A stretch of 64,000 bases of DNA from Gammaproteobacteria bacterium (GTDB lineage Bacteria; Pseudomonadota; Gammaproteobacteria; Pseudomonadales; UBA5518), in assembly GCA_016718385.1 (NCBI GenBank), contig JADKDK010000009.1, forward strand, positions 44,311 to 108,310, given 5' to 3'. Of this stretch, positions 56,692 through 64,000 are shown one piece after another (positions within the stretch are counted from its first letter, which is position 1; each line of letters opens with the position of its first letter). The translations under genes were made by a program, and so were the position numbers. Under the pieces are notes generated by a model. The model was not told the origin of the DNA. It was given only the letters and a program-made list of their open reading frames with translations, and did not search any database.

Positions 56692-58382
56692 TCACACCCT
56701 GCCGCCACGCACTTGTTCGACCGCATGGTTCGCAGCCCGCGCGGTGAGCGCCATGAAGGTGAGCGAGGGATTGACCACGCCGCAGGAGCTCATGCTGGAA
56801 CCATCGGTGACGAAGAGATTGGGCACGTCGTGCGACTGGTTCCAGCCGTTCAGCACCGATCGCTGCGGGTCGCGGCCCATGCAGGCCCCGCCCATTTCGT
56901 GAATCGCGTCCCCGGGCGTGGAGGGCGTCGCCACCGACAGCACGTTCTGCAGGCCCGCGCCCTCGAGCATCGCCCGTGCCTGCTGCGCCGCGTCCTGCAG
57001 GAGCTTCTTCTCGTTGTCGCGAAAGCGCACGTCGAAGCGCACCTGCGGCATGCCGTGCCGGTCGACGAGCTTCGGATCCAGCGTGATCCGGTTCTCCGCG
57101 TAGGGAAGGCACTCCCCAAAGCCGGCGAGGAAGAACGCCCAGGCGGGCGGCTGGCGCAGCGCCTGCTTGAAGCCCGCGCCGAAGCCCGGGATCGCGGTGG
57201 CGATCATCGGCGCCTCCAGCGCCATCGCGCCGCCCTGGAAGCCGTAGCCGCGCAGGAATTCGCCGTCGGGCTCCTGTGCATCGAGGTTGCGAAAGCGTGG
57301 TATGTAGATCCCGTTGGGGCGATAGCCGTAGTAATACCTGCCCATGAACTCGGTGGTGATGCCGAAGGCGATGGCGCCGTTGACGTGATCCATCACGTAG
57401 CGCCCGAGCATGCCGCTGCGGTTCGCGAGACCCTGGGGGAAGCTCTCGGAGCGCGAGTTCAGCAGCACCTGCACGCTGCCGATGGTGGAACCGCAGAGAA
57501 AGACGAGCCTCGACCCGAAGCGCGTACGCGCGCCGGTTTCCGTGTCGATGACGCGCACGCCCGTGACACGCCCGCGTGCCGCGTCGTAGTCGATTCCTCG
57601 ACGAGGCTGTTCGCGCGCAGCGTGAGATTGCCGGTGCGGCTCGCTGCCGGCAGCGTCGAGCTCAGGCTGCTGAAGTACGCACCCGGCGAACAACCGCGCT
57701 GGCACACGCCGCAGTAGTGGCAGGCGGCGCGGTCGCCGAGCGGTTCGGTGAGATTCGCGACCCGGCCGATGGTCATGCGCCGCGCGGGAAACTGTGCCTC
57801 GATCCGCTGTTTCATGGCCTTCTCGACCACGGACATCTGCATCGCCGGCTGGAACACGCTGTCCGGCAGTTGCACCAGCTGCTCGGCCTGGCCGCTCACG
57901 CCGATGAAACGCTCGACGTGTGCGTACCACGGCTCGAGGTCGCGGTAACGGATCGGCCAGTCGACGCCGTGGCCGTCGCGCCGGTTTGCCTCGAAGTCCA
58001 GATCGCTCCAGCGATAGACCTGCCGCGCCCAGAGCAGCGACTTGCCGCCGACCACGTCGGCGCGAAGCCAGTGGAAAGGTGCATCCTGCGCTTGCGTGTA
58101 CGGGTAGTCCGAATCCTTGACCCAGAAGTGCCGCGTGGTCTCGTCGAAAGCATAGGATTTGCTCTGCACCGCGTAATCGCGCGCGTAGAGCTCGCGCAGC
58201 GGCTTGCCGCCGAAGGGAATCTTCCACGGCGGCGTGTGTTCGGTGGTGTAACCGGAACCGTGCGTCAGCGGCCTGCCGCGATCGAGGACCAGCACCTTCA
58301 GGCCCTTCTCGGTGAGCTCCTTCGCGGCCCAGCCCCCCGTGACACCCGAACCGACCACGATGACGTCGAAATCCATGCTCAT
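56692..58382 (-). pseudogene. Cluster B gene 3: GMC family FAD-dependent oxidoreductase, 1-nt deletion near 57596-57597
   Basis: ATG 58382 (MSMDFDVIVVGSGVTGGWAAKELTEKGLKVLVLDRG) runs to ...LRANSLVE in ORF 57459..58445. The continuation (G)IDYDAARGRVTGVRVID... is in ORF 56692..58227. The span is 1691 nt against 1692 nt for the intact cluster A paralogue. Confidence 0.85.
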
Positions 58383-58463
58383 TCCCCGATCCTCTTGTCG
58401 TTTTCGCGCGTCAGGCCCGTTACGCCCCTCGACCTTGCGCCGCACTACACGCCCTGCCGGCGC

Positions 58464-59066
58464 TCAGTGACTCCAGTGCGTCCCCACCTTGGCGAAGTCG
58501 AAGTCACCGTCGTAGCGCATGGGCATGGGGTTGTATTCGAGGAACTCCGTGGCCCCGAGTTCGGAGCTGAAATAGCCCACCACTGTCAGCTCCTTGAGCT
58601 TGGCGAAGAACGGCGTGCGCTCATCGATCAGTTTCGCCATCGTCGCCAGGAATCCCGGCGGAAGCGGACTCACGTAAGCGGCGGCGTTCTTCTCGGCCTC
58701 GGAGAGTGCCGCAACACGCTGCTCGGCGGTGCACCCGAGGAAATCCGTGCCGTAGGCGGTGCGGCAGGACGCATCGAGCGCCGCGAGGCCGTCGAGAAAG
58801 ATCCCGCGCTCGGTATCGGTGTACCAGTCGGCGACCATCATCTCGATGAAACGCGGCACACCGGCCTCGATGGCGCCCGGCGTATCCGTCGCGGGGAGGA
58901 TCATCTCGGCGAGCACGCGCACCATCTCCGGCTGGTGGCCCTGCAGCACCACCCGGGATGCCGAGGTGGTCGGCGCCTCGCCGGCAATCACGCGCAGCGT
59001 GGGCGAGCCGACCATGACCCCGGCCATCGTGGATATGGCCGCCAGCATCATTTCACGTCGGTTCAT
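58464..59066 (-). CDS. Cluster B gene 2: gluconate 2-dehydrogenase subunit 3-like Tat small subunit (200 aa)
   Basis: MNRREMMLAAISTMAGVMVG..., ATDTPGAIEAGVPRFIE, ELTVVGYFSSELG. Confidence 0.7.
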   Translation of the reverse strand: MNRREMMLAAISTMAGVMVGSPTLRVIAGEAPTTSASRVVLQGHQPEMVRVLAEMILPATDTPGAIEAGVPRFIEMMVADWYTDTERGIFLDGLAALDASCRTAYGTDFLGCTAEQRVAALSEAEKNAAAYVSPLPPGFLATMAKLIDERTPFFAKLKELTVVGYFSSELGATEFLEYNPMPMRYDGDFDFAKVGTHWSH

Positions 59067-59089
59067 CGCGATTCACTCCCTGTAGGCAT

Positions 59090-59983
59090 TCATTCACAAT
59101 CGAGCGGCATCGGCGAGGCCGCGGGAGAGCCGATACGACCTGCCCAGGCGATCGCGCGCTGCAGCAGCCCACGGTACTGCGGCTCGGCGAATGTCTCCGC
59201 GGTATGCCCCAGCGCGGCATAGAACACCCGGCCCTGGCGCACGCAGTGCTTCCAGATCATCGGGTGGTCCGCGCCCATCGCGAGCGAGGTGCCGTCGAAG
59301 AATTCGCCCGGTGCGTAGCTGCTCTCGTCGATCGTCGCCAGCACGCGGATATCCGGCGCGCGCGGGCTCTTCGCAAAGGAGTACCACTCGTCGGTACGCT
59401 GCCATTCCGTGCCGAGCGGCGCGACGATCGGGTCCGCGGGCTGCTCGATGCGCAGGGTCGCCTGCTGGAATTGCGGGGCCATCGGATGACCGATGAACTG
59501 CGCGCGGATCACCGTGTCGAGGTACCACGGCCACGGCGCGTGACTGTTGTCGCCGGCGGCATGGATGCCGACGTAGCCGCCGCCCTGCTCCAGCCAGGAC
59601 TGGAACGCCTCGCGCTGTTGCGGCAGCAGCACGTCGCCGGTGACGTTGTTCCACACGACCACGTCGAAGTGCGCCAGATCCTCTGCATTGAACACGGCGC
59701 CGCTGTCGGTGAGGAAGACGCTCCAGCCCTGCTCGCCCGCCATCTGCTGCAGCAACTGCTTCGCGGCAGGTATCGCTTCCTTGTGGATAAAGGAGTTTGT
59801 CTTGGAGAACACCAGCACCGCCGGGTGCTGCAACGGCGGCAGCTGCGGGCGCTCGGTCTCGAACACGGGGCTGCGCAGGAATCCCATCGATCGTACCTGC
59901 CAGACGCCATAGCCGGCAAACGCCAGTGCGGCCACCAGCAGAACCCCGAGCACGCGCCAGCACCAGCGCCAACGTGTAGTCAT
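59090..59983 (-). CDS. Cluster B gene 1: ThuA-domain protein with N-terminal membrane anchor (297 aa)
   Basis: ATG 59983 (MTTRWRWCWRVLGVLLVAALAFAGY), VLVFSKTNSFIHKEAIPAA, GGGYVGIHAAGD. Confidence 0.7.
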   Translation of the reverse strand: MTTRWRWCWRVLGVLLVAALAFAGYGVWQVRSMGFLRSPVFETERPQLPPLQHPAVLVFSKTNSFIHKEAIPAAKQLLQQMAGEQGWSVFLTDSGAVFNAEDLAHFDVVVWNNVTGDVLLPQQREAFQSWLEQGGGYVGIHAAGDNSHAPWPWYLDTVIRAQFIGHPMAPQFQQATLRIEQPADPIVAPLGTEWQRTDEWYSFAKSPRAPDIRVLATIDESSYAPGEFFDGTSLAMGADHPMIWKHCVRQGRVFYAALGHTAETFAEPQYRGLLQRAIAWAGRIGSPAASPMPLDCE

Positions 59984-60138
59984 CGTCGCTGCCCTCTCTC
60001 GAGAAATGAGCCAATGCACCGATCGCTCATGGATGCTCCCGGACTTCGTTATCGTCTTTCTTTTGCATGATACAGCCGGCAATTGACTTATCCATACCGC
60101 GCGCACGCACCGCTGCCCCTGGCGCGCGCTCGGCTCTG

Positions 60139-63100
60139 CTACGGCGAAACCTCCGCCAGGATCGCCGGCCCGATCAGCCCGGCGGCCACCAGCTGGTGCT
60201 CGTAGCCCTTCATGTGCGAGTAGTGCGGGTCGCCGGCCAGCGCACGGCCCACGAAATAATTCCGCAGCGGCGCCAGCACCTCGACCTCGACGCTGTTCTC
60301 ACCCTGCTGCAGCGCCGTGGTGACATCGAGCAGAAAGGGTGGAACCCCCGCGCGACCGATGTCCCGACCGTTGACCCGAACCATGGCCGTGCCCTGCACC
60401 AGCCCCAGATCCAGCAGATAGCGCGCGCCCGGGCGGGGCCCGTCGAGGACGAAACGATGCGTATACACGCCGGGGCCGCGTGCGTGACGGAGCAGCGGAT
60501 CCTCGCGCCAGTCCCCGAGTTCCGTGGACTGCCCCGGCGCACCGTCCATCGCCAGTTCCCAGTCCGCGAGCGGCCAGCTGCGCGCGGGATGCTGCAGCGC
60601 CACGCTGTCGGCAATGCGCAGGGGCAACGTCGCCGGCATCGGCACGCCGCGGATCAGGAAGCGGCTCTCGTAACCCAGCAGCGCCAGGGACAAGCTGCCG
60701 TCGGTCGTCTCGGCCGGCCATGCCGCGCCGCTCATCGCATCGAACCACCATAGCGCCTGGCCGGCCTCGGCCTGCAACTGCAGCGTCTGCGCTGTCGCGC
60801 CCTGATTGGCAAACAGGAGGATGTCCTGCTGCGCGTCGAGCTGGCGCCGGAAGCTGCGGATCGCTCCCCGGGTGAGATGGCGCACCGGCGCCAGGATCCG
60901 CTCCTGCAGCGCATCGGCCAGCGACGCCGCGTCCAGGGAGCGCTGCTCGGCGCCGTCCGCGATCAGTTGCGACACGAGTTGCTGCACCTCGCGATCGCCC
61001 TGCGCCGCGTCCAGATAGCCCGGTTGACGTTCGGGAAGCGCTCCGGCGAATACGACGGGAACGCCCTCGGCCTCGAGGCCCGCGAGCGCGTGCAGCGTCT
61101 GCTGCTCGATCATCGGCGCATTGGCCACCAGCACCGCCTGGTAACTGCCGCCAGAGGCCGTCAGCGTGCGCGCGCCGATCTTCCCGCCCTGCAGCGCGTG
61201 GTCGTTGACCCAGCCCCAGCTGATGCCGCGCCGGTCGAGTTCTCGCACCAGCGGCAGCAGCGTGCGCACCCACGCGTCGCGCTCGTCTTCCTGCTTCGGC
61301 GGAAGCGTGAACACCGCATCCAGCGTCTTTTTGCCACTGGTCAGCACCGGATCCTCGCGCACATCGACCGGCGGATCCGCATCGGGAATGGAGCCGTTCA
61401 GCAGCGGCTCGGGCTCGCCGGCCTCGGGGTTGGCCCCGTGAAAGCCGAGGAACGGGTAGTAGATCAGCACGTCGATCGCGGGACGCCCCTGGCGCAGCAG
61501 GTTCTGGCTGCGCGCGATATAGCGATTGATCGCCGGCACGTCCGCCCAGAGCACCGGGTTGTTCGGACCGACGATCGACGAGAAATGCGCCGGGTTCTGC
61601 GGCCCGCTGAACGGCGTCCAGCCCTCTTCGCCGTAGGGCTTCGACGCGTCAGCTGTCCACGGGTAGGGCGTGCCGTGGTGGACGATGTGGTTCACGCCCG
61701 CGAGCAGCAGCTTGTCGGCGGCGGCCTTGAGCTTGCGCGGCGTGGTGGTCCAGTCGCGCTGGATCCACACGAAGGACTCGGCGCTCACCAGCGGCCTCCC
61801 GTAGAGCGCCGCCGCGGAGCTCGCCATCTTGAGCCCGAGGTCTGAGCCTCCGGCCCAGAGCTGCTCGGTCTCGGGGATCGTGTTCGCCCCCAGCGCGCGC
61901 AGCACATCGAGATCCATGCCGTAGCTCTGCCCGCGCGAGACGAGTCCGCGCTGCGCCGCCCATGAGGCTGACGTCTCGACGAAGCGCTCGATCACGAGAT
62001 CCGACAAGGTCTTCTGGTAGTCGTGGCGGATGCGCTCGTCCTGCGCCGTCAACTCGAACTCCGGTGCCGCGTGGATGCCGACGATCTCGCGAAAATACAC
62101 GTTGTCCTTGCCCTCGACGTAGATCGCGGGCAGCAGCGGCTCCAGGTCGTAGCCGCGGCGCGCCCTGAACTCCGGCAGGATGTCCTCGACGCTCATGCGC
62201 TTGAGGCGGAATTCCAGGCTGTCGTTGAAGAAGCCGCGCAAGCCCTTGCCATAGTGCGCGGGCAGCCCGGTGCGTTTGCCGAAGGCGTATTCGTAGTGGC
62301 CCAGCACCTGCGGCTTGCGCAGGTGATCCACGACGAAGCCCTGCGGCTTTTGCGCCGCGCCCATCGGCACCTCGCCCGAGGGCAGCAGGTAGCTCGCGAT
62401 GATCTGCCACTCGCCGGGCGGCGCCTCCCAGTGGAGCACACCGCTCTCGACCCGGGCCGTCAGCACCTGCACCGAGGCCGGATCGAGCGTGACGGTATCG
62501 TCGAGATCGAAGGGACTCCAGCCGTGTTCGCCCGCAACCACTCGCGCGGCGAGCACGCTGAGCAGGCGTGCGTTCGCGGCCGGGAAGTTGATGAAGTCGG
62601 CTCCCGTGAATTCCATCGCCGTGAAGATGTATTCGCTCGCGCCCGCGCCCGGCTTCGGAAGTTCGAGCGCGACGGTCCTGCCGCCCTTCACCCTGTGCGC
62701 GGCGTGGGCGATCACCGTGAGGCTGTCGGCCAGATTGATTTCGGGACCGCCCGGCGGCCAGCCACTGAAGTGCGTGAGGTCGAGTTGCATGCCTCGCTCG
62801 GCGGCCGCGAACATCACGGCATCCAGCGTCCGGTAGTACGGCGGCTTGTCGAAACCGTAGACACGCTCCCAGGTGGCCTCGTTCTCGATATTGAGCATGC
62901 CGCTGAGGAAGGGCTGCACCTCGCCGCCACCGAAGCCCGCGGCGTCGAGTTCGTCGAGCTGACGCGTGAGCGTGGCGGCATCCACGTCGCCGCCCGGCCA
63001 CCACCAGCGCGTCCAGGGCCGCGCCGACTTCGGCGGCGTGAGTATCGTGTCCCAGCTGAAACCGGAGACCAGCTCGGGCGGTTGCGCCGGCGCCACGGGC

Positions 63101-63267
63101 GCGGGCTCGACGTAAGAGGCGATGCTCGGCTGCCCTGAAGGATCCGGCGGCGGCGCGAGGTGCTGGCTCGTCTTGTGGACGACCCAACCGACGCCGCCGA
63201 GCGCGAGCAAGATCAGCAGCGCGATCAGCACCGCGATGACAGACGCGATACGCTTCACGATTGACAT
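60139..63267 (-). CDS. Large membrane-anchored glycoside-hydrolase-like protein (GH106 / alpha-L-rhamnosidase-like)
   Basis: GAGGG-N8-ATG 63267 (GTG 63276 is also open). TM anchor IASVIAVLIALLILLALGGVGWVV. The N-terminal block ARPWTRWWWPGG...LDELDAAGFGGGEVQPF recalls this family. The assignment is tentative. Confidence 0.45.
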   Translation of the reverse strand: MSIVKRIASVIAVLIALLILLALGGVGWVVHKTSQHLAPPPDPSGQPSIASYVEPAPVAPAQPPELVSGFSWDTILTPPKSARPWTRWWWPGGDVDAATLTRQLDELDAAGFGGGEVQPFLSGMLNIENEATWERVYGFDKPPYYRTLDAVMFAAAERGMQLDLTHFSGWPPGGPEINLADSLTVIAHAAHRVKGGRTVALELPKPGAGASEYIFTAMEFTGADFINFPAANARLLSVLAARVVAGEHGWSPFDLDDTVTLDPASVQVLTARVESGVLHWEAPPGEWQIIASYLLPSGEVPMGAAQKPQGFVVDHLRKPQVLGHYEYAFGKRTGLPAHYGKGLRGFFNDSLEFRLKRMSVEDILPEFRARRGYDLEPLLPAIYVEGKDNVYFREIVGIHAAPEFELTAQDERIRHDYQKTLSDLVIERFVETSASWAAQRGLVSRGQSYGMDLDVLRALGANTIPETEQLWAGGSDLGLKMASSAAALYGRPLVSAESFVWIQRDWTTTPRKLKAAADKLLLAGVNHIVHHGTPYPWTADASKPYGEEGWTPFSGPQNPAHFSSIVGPNNPVLWADVPAINRYIARSQNLLRQGRPAIDVLIYYPFLGFHGANPEAGEPEPLLNGSIPDADPPVDVREDPVLTSGKKTLDAVFTLPPKQEDERDAWVRTLLPLVRELDRRGISWGWVNDHALQGGKIGARTLTASGGSYQAVLVANAPMIEQQTLHALAGLEAEGVPVVFAGALPERQPGYLDAAQGDREVQQLVSQLIADGAEQRSLDAASLADALQERILAPVRHLTRGAIRSFRRQLDAQQDILLFANQGATAQTLQLQAEAGQALWWFDAMSGAAWPAETTDGSLSLALLGYESRFLIRGVPMPATLPLRIADSVALQHPARSWPLADWELAMDGAPGQSTELGDWREDPLLRHARGPGVYTHRFVLDGPRPGARYLLDLGLVQGTAMVRVNGRDIGRAGVPPFLLDVTTALQQGENSVEVEVLAPLRNYFVGRALAGDPHYSHMKGYEHQLVAAGLIGPAILAEVSP

Positions 63268-63292
63268 CTTGCTCACCCTCTCGATTCGTTCG

Positions 63293-63344
63293 ATGTCCGA
63301 CTGAAGTCGGACCTACGGGACCATGTCCGACTGAAGTCGGACCT
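63293..63344. repeat. Two identical 22-nt units, each containing the palindrome GTCCGAC-TGAA-GTCGGAC
   Basis: atgtccgactgaagtcggacct occurs at 63293-63314 and at 63323-63344, 30 nt start to start. It lies 26-77 nt upstream of the GH106-like start. Confidence 0.9.
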
Positions 63345-63461
63345 TGTACGTTTGCTGCGGGCGTGTTTTGTTCATGCCCGGCTTCCGGGGAAGCCGATCG
63401 GCAAGAGCAGGAAACGAACGACCCGTGGCATGACTCGACGGCCCTGCGACATAGGAGAAGC

Positions 63462-63502
63462 GCGCCAGCGGTCGCCGCCAAGGCGTCGGCGACCGCTGGC
63501 GC
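63462..63502 (-). terminator. Strong stem-loop 3' of the TonB receptor gene
   Basis: Perfect 16-bp stem gcgccagcggtcgccg / cggcgaccgctggcgc with a 9-nt loop. It starts 10 nt after the stop at 63512 and is followed on the - strand by CUUCUCCUAU. Confidence 0.6.
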
Positions 63503-63511
63503 CGCTCGGGA

Positions 63512-64000
63512 TCAGTCAGACCCGAAGGCGTAGCGCACGCTGACCCCGATTTCCCGCTCCGGCAGCACGGCCACGCCGCGATAACCCGAGGCGAAGCCGG
63601 CCACCACGCCTTCCGAATCGAGCTGAAGGACCGTGTCCTCGTCGAGCGCATTCTTCGCCCACAGCGTGACGTCCCAACGGCCATCGCTGCTGCGCACCCC
63701 GGCATACAGGTTCATGAGCGCGAAGGAGTCACGCTCGAAGCCCGTCGTGAAGTTGTCGTTCTCGGGCTGGTAGTTGAGCAGGCCGCGCAGGTAGTACTCC
63801 AGCGCGTCGCGCGGGATCACGTACTCGGACTGCAGCGTCGCATTCCACTCGGGCAGGTTCGAGATGGGATCGTCGCTCACGCAGAAGGCCACCGGGCCCG
63901 ATGCACCCCAGTCGGCATAGGCCGGGTTGGCGCCGTTATCGGGCTTGCCGTCGAAATCCGTATCCCGGCACGGCACGCTGGCGTCGTCGAACTCGCCCTT
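63512..64000 (-). CDS. TonB-dependent receptor, C-terminal part only (gene continues beyond the window end)
   Basis: ORF 63512..63976 continues in frame to 64000 (KGEFDDASVPCRDTDFDG...). It is a close paralogue of the C-terminus of 36124..38622 (...NLYAGVRSSDG.WDVTLWAKNALDEDT...). Confidence 0.85.
   Translation of the reverse strand, partial: KGEFDDASVPCRDTDFDGKPDNGANPAYADWGASGPVAFCVSDDPISNLPEWNATLQSEYVIPRDALEYYLRGLLNYQPENDNFTTGFERDSFALMNLYAGVRSSDGRWDVTLWAKNALDEDTVLQLDSEGVVAGFASGYRGVAVLPEREIGVSVRYAFGSD

Noticed and set aside
63293-63344. Mini CRISPR array
   Set aside because: There are only two 22-nt repeats with an 8-nt gap, no spacers of usable length, and no cas genes in the window.

Overview
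High-GC (about 65-70% by eye) proteobacterial chromosomal window. I recognised no rRNA, tRNA, CRISPR array, transposase or integrase. Positions 1-10.9 kb hold the distal part of the 14-subunit complex I operon (nuoF'-G-H-I-J-K-L-M-N, + strand, translationally coupled). The rest is an accessory region dominated by catabolic genes, mostly on the - strand. It contains a CBS protein, two amidohydrolases, a giant SEC-C/glycosyltransferase/sulfotransferase-like protein and a P450. It also has two paralogous ALDH::Fe-ADH fusion genes and a TonB receptor + split B12 acyl-CoA-mutase + MeaB operon. A SnoaL-tandem/HIBADH/OYE/SDR set follows, and there are three TonB-dependent receptors in total. The most interesting content is two diverged but colinear copies of a six-gene cluster: ThuA-like, Tat small subunit, GMC flavoprotein, nucleoside-type MFS, Gfo/Idh/MocA and a long TIM-barrel isomerase-like protein. 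With a LacI regulator, two matching palindromic operators and secreted glycosidase-like genes, this looks like a TonB-coupled oxidative (3-keto) glycoside or cyclitol catabolic system of unknown substrate. Other oddities are a 29-nt poly(G) inside a G/C homopolymer spacer after nuoN, a compound pentanucleotide microsatellite inside a VOC gene, REP-like palindromes and short gene scars at rearrangement junctions. About nine conserved genes, including nuoL, are broken by single-base frame shifts; these are probably consensus indel errors, but that cannot be proven from the sequence. All product calls rest on motif recognition by eye, with no database search.
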